A stretch of DNA of 60,068 nt, counting the filler, from Sphacelaria rigidula (Eukaryota), in NCBI GenBank assembly GCA_964200075.2. It is 5 parts of 5 records of this genome, joined end to end, with 100 filler letters (N's around TTAATTAATTAA, not from the genome) between each part and the next. Parts side by side here need not be neighbours in the genome. Positions count along the whole stretch, not along the records: positions 24,069 to 36,002 come from CAXNAA020004322.1; positions 36,103 to 48,035 come from CAXNAA020004323.1; 3 more parts are not named here. One strand, written 5' to 3'. The notes beneath the pieces were generated by a model. It ran no database searches and was not told the DNA's origin. It worked only from the letters and a program-made list of their open reading frames with translations. Shown one piece after another: positions 26,341-39,661 of this stretch (position 1 is its first letter; each line of letters starts with the position of its first letter). The position numbers and the translations under genes are program-made.

Positions 26341-26583
26341 AGTCGGGTGTGCTTACTGCAGCATAAGATCTGCCTCATCAGCAAACAAGTAGGATCGGTG
26401 GTCATCCTCGAGGGCTTGCCGGGAGCGGGTAAAACGGAAGTGCTCAGTGTATTCGCCGCTCGCACCCTGGAGAGGACGGCCCTGATCCACTTTACCGCGG
26501 CGTCGCCGTATCACGCCAATCGGAAATTCGGGGGCTGGTCTATGGTGTTGCAGCAGTATCTTGATTCGCTCTACAAACACGAG
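26341..26583 (+). CDS. STAND/AAA ATPase (adenylate cyclase 10-like), exon with Walker A
   Basis: VVILEGLPGAGKT P-loop. TTGCAG acceptor, GTGGGT donor, 243 bp, phase 0. Confidence 0.85.
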
Positions 26584-28174
26584 GTGGGTGGGGAGGGACA
26601 CTTGCCGTTAACATTGGAAACGTATAGTTCAGGCGAGTATCGGGGGAGAGATAGGGAGGGTGATCCCCTGAGAGACTCGGGGCCGAAGACGTCCTGCGGA
26701 AGAGGGCAGGGAGGGGTCAGGAGCATGACCTGGTGGGGAAAAAAGGGGGTGTTGGGGTATATATTGTTAGCCGCGCAAAAGGGAAGCAGGGTTTGGCGTG
26801 ACAAGTGGGCCTATCCCCAATCGTCGATAACCCGAAAAAAAAGCAAACGTTGAGGCGCGAGTCGTAGTTTCAGGTCACGCTTGGGCCGTGATGACTGCTG
26901 CGTGGTAGAGAGGGTACTTGTAGACCGTTCACACCTTTTTTGCTGTTGTTGTTTAGACACTTTCTACGATAGGATTTGTGACAACCTCAGGGTTAGGGCT
27001 AGGCCCCAGGGGAAGTCCTGAAATAACGGATGGTTTTCTTGGGAAGCAGTCGCTCATTGTAACGGGTATAAAGCGTTCAAGCGAAGAAATTTCGATTTTG
27101 AAGAGGGAAGTATGTACTACGATACCCCTGAATACTCTTCTACATGTTTCATTCCAAGCGATGTTCCCCAAATACCCCCCCAGTTGTCACAAATCCTATC
27201 TGAGGGAGAGGGTGCCAGCACTTTCCGTCGCTAGTCCAGACCCTGTTTGGGACCGTTAGGAGGGATATTCAAACTACAGCTGATGTGGGTTCTGAATTAG
27301 AAAAAAAGGCTCGGATTTTGCAAGCGCGTTGCACTACAGTAGTATCCTTCGACAGCCCCCCGCGAAACCGGTTCTCAACACAGCACGACGGAAGTGGCCA
27401 TACAAGGCGTGATAGCTGGTTCAGACTGGATGAAGCGCCTCGCATGGGTGCTACTGGCGAAACAACTCCAAGCGTGGGACTAGCCCTTACCCCCGTTGTG
27501 TGTGTTTGCAGCTTAATCGTGGGGCATCCATTTTATCCAATTAACGGCTGTACTGTAGTGATGCTGTACTCTGGTGTGCTGGTATATCTCAGCAGACTGC
27601 TGAATGGTGCTGCGTTTCAAAGATCGCTGGTGTCTGTTGCCGCTTTGGATCGTTTCGCTGACGGCGGTCGTCGCCGGCGCAACAGTATAAAGTCTCTCTG
27701 AGATACTCAACAAGAGGCTCGAAAACTCAATGACTAGTCCAAAGAAGTATGTTTTCAGCATGCTTTGTTACGTGTTCCGTAGCGCTTAGACGCAGGTCCT
27801 GCTCAAAAGATGCCACACAATGACGGCGGTTTTTCTGTTGGACTGCTCATCATCATGCTTGCGCTGCCGTGCAGAAACTTCTGGGTTGGGGTTACATGGT
27901 CGCAACCGCTTGCGAATCCCGAGCCTGTTGGACGAAACAAATGAAATTTCGATGGTCAGTTGAACCTCACCCAAATGTTGAACCTTAGGAACGAATCCAG
28001 GCTGTTCCTTGGAGAGTCGAGACCGTCGTGTGACGGGCGGTTCAGACATTGGACTTTCGTCATGCGTGGTAAACCGTGGCGGTGGTCGCGTGGAATCCTT
28101 TTATGCGGGGTGAAGAACTTGATACTCTGCGCGAAGGGAACGATCGTAGTACGCATTATCGCTTGCGTTTTTTT

Positions 28175-28678
28175 TTTGCGGTAACCATGATGGTGGTCGA
28201 TTGTTTCAGTTTTGCTGTGTCTTGGGTACGTCTATTGTGCGACCACAGCTGGATCTCTGGGAGGTCAGTTAAAGTGTGACATCCAAACCAAAATCAAACG
28301 AATGTGCTAGGGGGAGACTTTCAACTCCGCGCTAAGGGGCTGATTGTATCTCGTAGTGCTTAGATGGTGAGACACCCATGAGGCAGTGTAACGCATGGCT
28401 GTCTCAGAAAGTGGCGATACCAGAAATGAAGCAACCCATTGGAGGATGTCATCTATAAAACATGCAAGATAATTAGTACGCTTTGGGCCGAACAAAATCA
28501 GCGGGATGCAGCTCGTTCTTCATGTGACTCGCCGAACATAACACGGCTCTTCGCGGTTGGTGATGGAGTGCGAGCCTGGTCCGGCGAAAACCCGGCGTGC
28601 TCCGTCCCGGCCTTGTAGGGATGCGAGGTCAACGGTCTCATGAATATGACATGCGAGAACATGAGTACGCCCCTCCCC
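28175..28678 (+). repeat. SINE-like repeat copy
   Basis: Matches 8330-8730 (GACACCCATGAGGCAGTGT...CGTGCTCCGTCCCGG...ATGAGTACGCCC). Confidence 0.8.
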
Positions 28679-28726
28679 ACACGTCGCGTATCCACGGATC
28701 TTTGTTTGCAACCGACGACTGCCCAG

Positions 28727-28918
28727 GTTCAGGCGGGAAGAGAGGGTGATAGCCGACGAGACGATGGACCAAGCGGCAGCAGTGGTCAAAGCATAAGCGC
28801 GTATGGGATACAGAGTCGAGCATCGTCGATAGCAGGAGGTGTGAACGGCGCCGAGGCGTCACGGGTGTGGAATGGTGCCGGAATTTTGGGGCAGAAGCCA
28901 CTCAAGGGACGGGATCGG
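28727..28918 (+). CDS. STAND ATPase, probable low-complexity exon
   Basis: CCCAG acceptor, GTGAGC donor, 192 bp, phase 0/0, VQAGREG...KGRDR. Fits between the flanking exons. Confidence 0.6.
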
Positions 28919-29319
28919 GTGAGCAAGTTTTGGGAACAGTTGGATACAATTACGTACATTTCAGGCCGCCGCGTTGCGGTGGTCCAAGTGGTATACGAGC
29001 GCCACTTTGCCTCAATATTGCGGCTCCGAACACGGACAGTAGTCATTCTCTCGGGTTCCTGTTTTCCGAAAACGTGTTTTCCGATTCCATGAGGGCCAGA
29101 GTTGAGCAAAAATCACCCAAGTCGATGAGAGTCGACGGACCGCGGGAGCGCAGATGGTCATGATCTAATGAGTGATGATGAAACGCAAGACAGGGAGGTT
29201 TCGGGCGAGAATCTAGTTGATCCCTGCAGACTAGTGACTTCTCGGAGGGGTGGAAGGGGGACTGTCGAAGAAAAAAACAACTGCGACACAAAGATAGCAC
29301 TGGAGAGCAGAAAAGAGCC

Positions 29320-30871
29320 ATCCGCTCCCCCCAGTATCACAGTATGGCAGTATCGAGCAGTGGACTGGGGAAAAAGTTGTAAGGAAATGGGGTCAGAGGA
29401 AATTTGTGGAGAATGGTGAAGATGACAAAAATGTGCGAAAAGTGCTGTGATGCTAGACGGGGAGAAATATCGAAATGTTTCCATGTTTTACAAGGTGTTG
29501 GACAAGGATGTACGTGATCACCCACTCTATCCAAGGTAGCTATTAGTGACCTGATAAGAGGAATAGAAGCAGCAAAGCAAGGAGCCAAGGTGGGTGAAGA
29601 CCTGGTATCAGGATTGATGTTCGCGGATGATTCCGTGAGGATATCAGAAACATCACAAGAATTATAGAAGCAAATAGAGAAGGCGCTAAAATACACTAGG
29701 AAATGGAGAGTGACGGCGAACACAAACAAATGTGCGGTACTGGTATGTAGCGAAGATACGTTGAACTCCGTAGAGTTAAAATATAAGTGGGGAGAAGAGG
29801 AGGTGCCGATCGTAGACCAGTATACATACCTCGGCGTAGAGATCTCAAAGAAATGTTCTTGGGGTGCACACATAAATTAAATAATAGAAAAGAGTGAGTC
29901 ACAAATAGGCAGGATGGACGTGATCCTCAGGGACTTGCAACTAGATACTAGGATCAAGAGATGTATCCTGATGGAACGTGATTGCACCAAAGCTGGAATA
30001 TTCGGGAGAAGTGTGGGAGGAAACCCGAAGTTGGTGAAAACATGAAAACAGTACAGCTGGCAGCGGCTAAGAAAAAACTCGGATGCTCGAAAACGACGAG
30101 TAATACAGCGTTGAGAGCAGAGTCGGGATTATTGACTAATTTGTTATCTTACATTAGCTGATTGCAACAATCCAGCCCGTGGTCAGGAGCAGCAAAAAAA
30201 ATCAGAATAATAATAAGAGAAAAAGGAACAGAGAAGGACAGAAGCAACAGCAGCCACAGAGGAAGGAAAGAAGAAAGGAAGCAGCGACGACGACGACAAC
30301 AACAACAACATAAACATAAACATAAACATAAACATAAACATAAACATAAACATAAACATAAACATAAACACCACGAGATGATTGTTCTCACTTGAAACAA
30401 ATAAGAGACATGAGAAAACTGTAATGACAATATAGCGTAGAGAACATGCAGAGAAAGAGATTGTGAGCCATAGTTGAGAGGGCTGCATGGAAAAAAAATG
30501 ACGAAAGGGTATGCTGCAATAACCTGGGATAGAGTAATCGAAAACGTATGGAAGATGAGATACTGTCCGTAGGTGAACGCGGCGGGTACAAGACAAAAGT
30601 AAGAGACACGATAGAGCTAAGGGGAAAATAAACGGTCAGACGGAAAGTAGACGAGGACGAGAAAGGGCACCTGAAGATATACGGGGGATTGAGAGGGGGG
30701 ATAGGGATGAAAACATATCTCCATGGCCTCATGGACGCGGCGAAAACATCGAAACTGCGATTTCGGGTTGGGGACCGGTACCTGCCAGAAAGAAGAAAGA
30801 GGTAGACCGGTAGCCAAGAGGAGGGGGAAGTAGATGCACAGAATTGCCCCCTGTGGCGAAGGAATAGAGAG

Positions 30872-30917
<46 letters not shown>

Positions 30918-31575
30918 CTTCTCATTAGAAACCGTTCCGATATCTGCGCGGTACATTCGTAATGGGCATCTGATGCGGACGCCTTCCGTGGTCACAGACT
31001 ACCAAAAAAAACAAAAAAACAAAAGAACAAAAAAATAGACCCAGATAAATAAACGCACAAAACGCGATACAAGCAAAACAGGAATAAATAATAAAGAAGA
31101 AAGAGAGGGTACATATGGCTAACCTCAGAAGATCCGGTGCCGCAGGTGGCCATTCGGGCTTCAGGGGGTGGCACTCGGTTTTCCAACTCGACGTGCGACA
31201 AGTAGAAATAAACACAGGGTCCGACTACGAGAGGGTAGAAATCATATAGTGGCAGAATGTGAACTAAACAAGGAGAAACGGCACGTGCTAGAGAGGGAAA
31301 TGCGGGACGTGAACGAAGGTGGCATGAAATCGTTTGATGCATTAGACAGTAGGGAAAAACGATGGCTATACTAGGAGATGGATAGTGACCACAGACGGCG
31401 AAACAAGACGGGGATGCGATGTGTAAACGGTTCTTGTATAGTGTATGGCATAAACGAAATGAGGGCCTAAATGTTGTACGTGTCTGTATTAGGAGTAGGA
31501 ACGGTGCTCCGTCTCGCAAGTGATGCGTGGTCAATGGTCGAACGAATAAGGCAAGCAACAGATGAGTACGCCCCA
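29320..31575 (+). mobile_element. 5'-truncated decayed non-LTR retrotransposon (LINE) inside an intron
   Basis: GVGQGCT*SPTL, GLMFADD, KWRVTANTNKC and YTYLGV RT motifs with stops. Interrupted by inserts (~30130-30430, ~30925-31180). Ends in the ...GGCAAGCAACAGATGAGTACGCCCC tail. Confidence 0.9.
30307..30369. repeat. (AAACAT)n microsatellite; others: (AC)n 18023-18058 and 34690-34737, (GTT)n 30871-30915, (CTG)n 31860-31890
   Basis: Read directly from the sequence. Confidence 0.9.
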
Positions 31576-31598
31576 CCCCGCCCTACCCCCACCCTCAG

Positions 31599-31723
31599 AT
31601 GCTACTGCGGGAGCTAGAGGAGTTTCCAGAGATGGAGGCACATGCCTACCTGGTCAATGATGTGCTGGGTACGGAGATCCCGAGGAAAGGGACTGTGCCG
31701 CCTGCGTGGGATGCTTGTTCCAG
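31599..31723 (+). CDS. STAND ATPase exon
   Basis: CTCAG acceptor; MLLRELEEFPEMEAHAYLVNDVLGTEIP...; GTGAAG donor. Phase 2 end is compatible with the next exon. Confidence 0.7.
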
Positions 31724-31858
31724 GTGAAGGCCGTGTATTTTCGGGGGGCAGGGGAAGTTATGCTTTTGAGTTGTCTCTGGTTGCATTGGTGTTTTCATGT
31801 TGACGTTTTCAGTCCCTTTTGTCGGTGGGTGTTATTTCATTCGCATTGGTCTTTGTTG

Positions 31859-31892
<34 letters not shown>

Positions 31893-32290
31893 GTTTTTTT
31901 TTCTTGTCCTGCTCTCATGGGCATCGTAGATTTTGCACTCAGGAGGTGGGGGGGAGGAGGGTGTGCCATGTGACTGTATTAAATTGATGGCAGATCTGAA
32001 GATGGGAGCTAGCCTACACACACTACAATTGAATTAGCCAATCAATCTTGTTGAATGCGTATCAGCGTTGTTTTTCCGCAAAGCGATCCTCAAACGACGT
32101 ACGTCACGACACGAATTACTTTTGACTTGATCATGGCGGTCATACGTCTGTTTCTTCACCTTCCACTTTTCCCAATCCTCCTCCTGGCGCCGTCAATGGT
32201 CTCATGACTATGGCATGCATGATCATGAGTACACCCCCCTCCCTCTCTCTCTGTGTTGCCGTCAACAACAACAACAACAACAACAAACAG

Positions 32291-32441
32291 CGAGAATGGT
32301 GACTCTGACTCGAGAGACAGCAGTGTGAGCGGGGATGCGGACTCAGAGGACGGGGCCGCGGGGTTTGCCTTTGAAGAGAGGCTCAGGCTGCGCATCCTGC
32401 TGCAGCTGGTGAAGAACATGGCCAGGAGCAAGCCACGAGTG
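32291..32441 (+). CDS. STAND ATPase exon
   Basis: AAACAG acceptor; ...RLRILLQLVKNMARSKPRV leads into Walker B; GTGAGG donor. Confidence 0.8.
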
Positions 32442-33823
32442 GTGAGGGCGGTGCTAGGGTATTGTTTTATGAAGTGATCGACTGCATTATACATTGATTA
32501 TCGTACATCATCTGTTTCGCCACGAATTTGGCCATGGTAACTGGATGGGCGTACGCACCCAAGGTGACTGAGCCAGAAACACTGGGTGTAGAGAGGGTTG
32601 GATCGGTGGAGAGAGGGCTGGTTGAGGATAAAATGGTGTGAGGGCATGGCTGGATAATGACGTGATGCGATGAAAAAGCAGACCCGCGATGAGGCGGCAC
32701 AGTGAAAAGTCAAACGGCTCGCCTTGTCGCGAGGTAAGTTTACACGTTGTGACTTTTTTTTTGCACGAAATGTTGTGAGGAGCGAAAAATAAAAATACCC
32801 ACACAAGTGGAGGCTAGATAACGGTGAGATGCGGTACAGTAGTAGTGAACACCCGCTGACCCGGTGATGAGGTACCTGGTCTGCTGCGTTGTGGGTCGAC
32901 TACTTTCGTCTGCTGGTGAAGACTTCACAAAACACGAAATACTGTAAACTACAGTGCTGTAGTGTGCTGTACTGTATAAAAGATGGTCGGAAATACCGAC
33001 GACCTCGTGTACAACCATAAGAACGTCAAAAGTGTAGCACTCACTGTAAGGATTACATCGGCAAAAGGGGTACTGTGTACAGTACCGCATCCGTTGTCTA
33101 CTGCAATCTTTAGACGACAGATTAGATACTGTACACAGCATGCTTTCTGCCAGTGTTGTCTAATATCCACGGTGTGCTGGTGTAAATGGTGAGGGTTTCG
33201 AAGGAGGTAGCGTTTTTACGTGTACTTTTTTCGTACAACCGCGTTTTTACGGTACAGGGAATTGATAGATTTTATTATGTTTTTTTTTTTATGAGAGAAG
33301 ACAAAGGCGAGGAAAACTTGGAAATAATGAAGAAATGGAATAGGAAAATGATGGAAAACGACTGAAGAGTGCGACAAGTACTTTTCAAACACGTGCGCCT
33401 TTTGATCTGCATAATTAGTAGCATTCCATGTCTCGAACTTTTTGCATACGTGTTATCTTACTGCATGCTTTCAGAGAAATACGCCTTCTCTTCTTTTTTT
33501 TTCTCGTGCCAATCCGCTTGAAAATGCCTTGACCATCAGCTCTAAGCCTGGAGCTTGCGAGAAGGCAAACTTTGAAATATTTTTGCATCATCTCGTAATT
33601 TTTTAGAAAATATTAGAGGTACATGCAGCCGTTGTATAGTAGTGGCTCTAGTGGTGGTTGCATTTATCACGCACCAGCCATACGTGTCCCTTCACCGTCG
33701 TTGCTCTTTCGCTGTTGGTCATGCTATTTACGTAATGTGCTGTTCCGTCATGCCCGAAAGCCGCTAGAGTAATCGCATGTTTACTCTAAAGCAATTTTGT
33801 TTTCTTGTTACAAACATAAATAG

Positions 33824-33890
33824 GTGGTGATCGACGATGCGCAGTTCCTGGACAAGGACAGCTGGACGCTTGCCCTGGCTGTTGCCACAG
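33824..33890 (+). CDS. STAND ATPase exon with Walker B
   Basis: VVIDDAQFLDKDSWTLALAV matches the hhhDDaqwhD..S motif of AAA_16/sAC-type ATPases. TAG acceptor, GTAGGG donor. Too short for the ORF track. Confidence 0.87.
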
Positions 33891-34173
33891 GTAGGGCGTA
33901 GATCTGCTAATTTCTGTGCTTTGGAAAAAAAAGCAAGAACACATAGCTGTCTTGGGAACGAACCTCGGTCCTTCGTTGCCATGCAGGACCTGGGATATTA
34001 TCCTGTATGATTTCAACGCTGTAGCCGTGTGTTTTTTGCAATAATGCTGTAGAATTTCTCGTTCAATTCTGTTGTGTAGAAAACAACAAACGCGTTTTCA
34101 CTGTCCAAAAATATTTTCCTCTCTTGTTTATTCTTTTTTATTCATTATTCTCTTTTTTTTCCCCACTTCTCAG

Positions 34174-34274
34174 GCGGTGCGATGGGCGGGCCGTTGCCTT
34201 TGATGCTCATCATGTCTCTGCGACCACTAGCGCACTACCGCGGCTTGTTCTCGTCGGTACCGCCGGACTATCAG
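34174..34274 (+). CDS. STAND ATPase exon (sensor-1 strand)
   Basis: PLMLIMSLRP. CTCAG acceptor, GTAAAG donor. Phase 1 in, phase 0 out. Confidence 0.82.
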
Positions 34275-34687
34275 GTAAAGAACTACCTGAGAGAGAATTT
34301 TGGTCGCCGATGCCAGACACACTTGCTGGTGGGGGCTGCTGCTGCTGCTGCTGCTGCTGGGGTCGGGGAGGAGACGAAATCACTGCAGTTTGTGTTCTCG
34401 ACCTTTTCGACGACAACAACAACAACAAAAAAAACGAAGTAATAACACTTTTCGTCGAAGACAGAGCAAACATATGGTCGCTGTCCTCGAGTGCATGTGA
34501 CACAAATCATGATCATGTGCGACTTTTATTTATAATAGTTTATTCAGGTTCTCGCTCTCTCGCTGGATGTGTCACTTGGACACTTTGCCCATTGAGAAAG
34601 TTGAAGCGCCAAGTCACCGCAGCACCGAGTCTCGACAGGATCAGACAGAAGTCAAAAACATTTGACCCGTCAAGAAACACTTGTGGC

Positions 34688-34741
<54 letters not shown>

Positions 34742-35616
34742 GGCGGCATCCTACTGGCCAGGAGCTCCCAAGAATGCAGCGGTAATGTGACTTCGGCAAG
34801 CGAAGTCTTACACCGTAGCTGAAGCGGAACAAGGAGCGGGAACATTATCTTTGGTGTGTGCCGCCAGCAGCGTTTTGCGATCCCGACACTGACTTTCGAG
34901 GGAAAACAGGGTTGTGAAAGATGACGACAAGAATCGCCGGAAGGGCGTAGTACTGTAGGTAGTCCGTTCGTCAGCTAAGATGGAGGACTTCCGCTTCTCA
35001 CTGTACCTTTTTGAGGACCTGGGCAGGGTACAGCAGAAAGTGGAATTATGTGGATTGGGGTTCCCCGAGGTGCCTTTTTGGCGACTCCGGCAGATTGTAG
35101 AGGGTCTTTAACCCTTTTGTCGCAATCGTGATGTTGACACGTGTTGATCACAGCTCTCCGAAGACGTTATCAGTCGTTATGATCTCCAGTGCTTGCTTGA
35201 AGGGGTATATGTATGAGGTTGAAGTCCGACATGGAGCTTTTATTTCTTTTTTTTTGTGTTGAGAAAAGGGAAACAGAAGGATCCGTGTTCCATTTCTTCG
35301 TACGCATCATTCTGTGTCTTTTTCTTGAATCCAGGAAGACGTCACACTATCATACCGTTCGGTTTTTTTTTTCTTCTTCTCTTGTGAAACTTTTCACAAT
35401 GATGTATATGATCTATTTTGCTATTTTTAAACTACTCCTTGACATCAGTTTTTTGTGAGTAAACAGACAAGCATACATTTCTCTGGTGAGGAAGGATTCC
35501 ATATAATATATTACTCCATGAATGGACAAATACGATAAAAAAATGGACGAGAAAAAGAGGGAATGCAACCCCCTATCGAATTCATTCAATAAAAAATAAA
35601 AAATGGTGGTAAACAG

Positions 35617-35805
35617 GCCCTCACGGAAGTGGAGCACGTGAGCTTCCTCAAGATCGAGGGCGCTCCGCCGGAAGAAGTGGAGAACTTGGTGTCGGAGAAA
35701 TTGGGAGCTAATGTGGTGGACGTTGGAGATTCGCTGTTCGAGCTCGTCGAGGATCTGTGCACGGGCAACCCGCTCATGATCACGGAGCTTGTGTCGCACT
35801 TGAAG
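35617..35805 (+). CDS. STAND ATPase exon with GxP motif
   Basis: LKIEGAPPEEVENLVSEKLG..CTGNPLMITELV. AAACAG acceptor, GTCTG donor, 189 bp. Confidence 0.87.
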
Positions 35806-36701
35806 GTCTGTTGTGCGTTGACTGGTGGTTGGTGCATGCGTGATAGTGTCAGTTGAAAATTGGGCGTAGGAGCCAGATCGGATCGGGGACTCCCTCTGAC
35901 GGTTTCTTTATTTTTGCATTTTGTGCGCACCAATGTATATTTTATTCCCCCCCCCCCCCCCTCCTTTTTTTTTTTTTTTTTTTTTTTTTTCTTTTTTTTT
36001 TTNNNNNNNNNNNNNNNNNNNNNNNNNNNNNNNNNNNNNNNNNNNNTTAATTAATTAANNNNNNNNNNNNNNNNNNNNNNNNNNNNNNNNNNNNNNNNNN
36101 NNGGGGTGGGTGGCGGTGTGGACGGCGGTGGAGGGGGGGGGGTGGGGGGGTTTTTTTGGCTTTGGGAGGGAGGGGCAGTCGTTTGGGCGTGTGGGGGGCT
36201 GCATGTCTTACGGCAGCTCATGTCCTGTATTCTTACAGATACATGTAGAACCACTCGTACTTGTTCATTTTGTGGTGGTTCACAGTAGTGTAGTGTGATC
36301 CAACAGGGGTTATCTTGTGCAAACGAAGGATCGATGAGGGCATGCGCAGCTGGGGGGAGGGGGGTGACATGAATCGTGAATGCTTAGCGGTAGTGGCAGT
36401 AAGTACATGCAAGACCAGGTCCGCTTAGACGGGAAAAAGTACGAGTAACAGGGCGCGCAGTACGGTTAGTTGTGGCACACATATGTTTTTCTGTATATGT
36501 ACCCACTTCCTCGTGTTTGTTCGGTGCCCGATTTGCGATTGTGCGTCCCCCCGCACACACGGGGCACACCCGGGGGAGGGGGGAGGGGGGGGAGGCAAAA
36601 GGCGCAGGGGCTGGAGCTTTCATATGTGTAATCCATGTAGCAAAGTGCCATTTCCTCCCTATATATCTGGTGTAGCGTTGTTCTATTGATGGTGGGACCA
36701 T

Positions 36702-36781
36702 GTGGGGAGATGTTGGCGCTTAGGTGCACATCGCAACAACGGAGTGGGGAGATGTTGGCGCTTAGGTGCACATCGCAACAA
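36702..36781. repeat. Short tandem duplication (~40 bp x 2)
   Basis: GTGGGGAGATGTTGGCGCTTAGGTGCACATCGCAACAA occurs twice. Confidence 0.85.
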
Positions 36782-37320
36782 ACTACGGACGTTCATTGAT
36801 ACATGTTAAGGCTTGACTTCGCACGCAAGTCACTCACATGGTTGGGTGTTGGTTGGTTGTAAATGAACCGCGCAACACACGCCATGAAACACGAGGTCAG
36901 TGTTCGTTTGACAGTACATTGTTCAATTATCCGGGCCCTGAAAATATTGGACACTAGATACATGCAGGTGTGTTGTACGTGTGTAAAGCTTGTTGTTGAT
37001 TTGTTCGATAGAAAAAAGAGATGAGAGTCACGTACATACATACACAATTGATGCGATCGATTTGAAAGGGGTATCACAGATGTGGTCGGCATTTCCCCGT
37101 GTCAGAAAACCCTCCAACGGCTTCACTGATAGAGTGGCGGTCCAAGAGCGAGCGCGTTGTCGAATGGAAGCAAATCGACCATTCACAACCGATTTTGTTT
37201 GTGTCCCCTTTTTTGTTAAGAACACGGGTGTGAGTCGCCTTGCGATACGTACCCCGACTATGGGGCTCCCACACGGATTGAGGGCCACTTTTATGTTGTT
37301 TTCTTCACGGGGAAGAACAT

Positions 37321-39661
37321 AGAATTTTACAAATTGGGGATAGATTTTTTATTGGGGATGAAAACCCGGAGAATTAAAATCTTCGTATCCACACCAAATC
37401 TTCGAAGTATGCTTCCATTTCTTCACTTGCTGGTAGCTATTGACAACCACACGCCATACAAATTTGGATTTCTGTAACCGAAATATCGGGGTCCTAGGTT
37501 CCAATTACCAAATTGGTTTTTGTCTCGGCCTATTCCAGATTCGGCATTAGATTTCTGTGACAGAAAACACTCTCGTTTTTTTCGGAACACTAATGAAAAA
37601 ACGAGAACTTTTCAAAAAACTGCTCAAACCATGACCCCTATTATATGGAGTACAGGTTACTACACTGAAAACAAGACAAATCTGCAGTGGGATATGGAGA
37701 ACAGTACAACCCTGTACCCAAGACAACACGGCAGTTCTGCAGTGTTTTCTAGTTTTAGAACCTAAAGATGGAGTGTATACAGTATGCATCAGCTTCTCTT
37801 GTTGCAAAATCACAGCGTCCTGACTGATACTATATGTTACAGCTTGGTTACAGAGCGACTAACACAACAATACAGCACATCAAGCAATCTCAGCGGAAAC
37901 CAAACCGTCTTCGCGAGGTCTAAACACATCCCAGAACAATGATAGCTACAGCACATGAGAGCGGAAGTGAGTGTGTTTGTGCTGTAGTACAGTGAGACAA
38001 GACATGTCCCAAGTTTTAGTTATTTTCGGCTGATTTCGAACGGGCCCTCTGTGTTTGCAGGGTGCTGATCTTGAACGCTTGGGCATAATCGCGCTTCGCG
38101 CAGATAATTTTATTTACTACAAAATTATCCGCATGTATGGATCCTGTGACGTGTCTTGCCGTGGCCGCGGGCGCTGGCGCCGATGCCAACGGCAGCAGCC
38201 GTCATGCTGACGGGTGCAAGCAGTACCCTGGCTGTGCAGTATATCCGCACAGTGCTGTGCGTCGCTCCTTTTATTGGAGCATGGGGTCTGCCTAGCCGGT
38301 CGAGCGGTGTATACTGGTGCTGGTTGTGTGCCTTTGCCTAGCAGTGTTGGACATCGCGCAAGCGATGGGTCCGGGTAACATGAAATTTTTAATTTTCAAC
38401 AGTCAAGTGTGTAGACAGCACTGCGTCCTGAATGATACTGTCATATTTTACAGCTTAGTTACAGAGCGACTAACACAACAATACAGCACATCAAGCAATC
38501 TCAGCGGAAACCAAACCGTCTTCGCAAAGGTCTGAACACACCCCAGAACAGTGATAGCTACAGCACATGAGAGCGGAAGTGAGTGTGTTTGTGCTGCAGT
38601 ACAGTGAGACAAGACATATCCCAAGTTTTAGTTATCTTCGGCTGATTTCGAACGGGCCCTCTGCGTTTGCAGGGTGCTGATCTTGAACGCTTGGGCATAA
38701 TCGCACTTCGCGCAAATAATTTTATTTTCGCCCAAGATACAGGCAGCCATGACAGCAGCAGAGGCGACCTTTCACTCCTGCGTGCGCAACCTGGGGCAAA
38801 CGCACGCTGTAGCTACAACACGAAGAGCTTTACAAAATAATGATATCCCGCGTGCACGTTGACCGCAGACACAAGCGGTTGCGTGCATGATGTGGCGAAC
38901 TGCATAGGACAGCGCGAAATCAGTGAAGCACAGGGGTAGGCTGAGGATGTGGCGTTCTGTGGTGTGCTTTGTCACCCTGCACCCTGCCGCTGTACAGTGA
39001 GCAGGTAGTACCACCGAAGGCGTAACGTTGCGGTTGGTACGCAGTGTGGAACCCATAGCAGCAAACGGCATATTTCTTGTACAACAGACGAGGATGTGTG
39101 TTTCAAGACCGATACGCACAGAGTGGGACCCGTATCTAGAGAATTTTGCACTAACTCGCCCTGTTCTTGTTGATAAATGAATCTATTTAGCAAAAAACGC
39201 TTGTAACGTGTGCTGTGACGAATGTCATGCGTCATGCAGCTTCCTCCCATGTGCGGCATCTCCCGTGAAGCGAGCTGTTGAAGCTAACAGTGCCCAGTCC
39301 TATTCCCACGATGATCTCCTGTCTGAGCTCGAGATAATTGAAACTGGGGAACATGACTTCCAACAAGTAGAACGTACACCCCACCGTGATCAAAGCTTCC
39401 ATATTGTCGAAAAGGAACAACGCTGTGAGGGCGTCTGTCTGTTCTGTCCCTTTTCCATTTCATTCTAATGTAAGGAAGGATAGGAAAATTGGAGGCGCGA
39501 TGCGAAGCAGAGCAATCTATGGGCAACCAGTTTTGGAGGATTTCAGGTGTAGTTGTCAATAGCTTCAAGCAAGTGAAGGAATGAAAGCATACTTCAAAGA
39601 TTTGGTGTGGATACAAAGATATGAATTCTCCGGGTTTTCGTCCCCAATTTGTAAGATCCCA
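37321..39661. mobile_element. Longer member of the same foldback family with ~2 kb of internal sequence
   Basis: Left arm (37321-37500) and right arm (~39545-39661) match the two arms of 15021-15450. Confidence 0.75.
37805..38725. repeat. ~310-bp direct duplication (37805-38115 and 38415-38725)
   Basis: GTTACAGAGCGACTAACACAACAATACAGCACATCAAGC...GGGCATAATCGC is near-identical in both copies. Confidence 0.9.

Noticed and set aside
30149-34845. ORFs with poly-HK, -CL, -Q, -C or -HT runs
   Set aside because: Translations of microsatellites.
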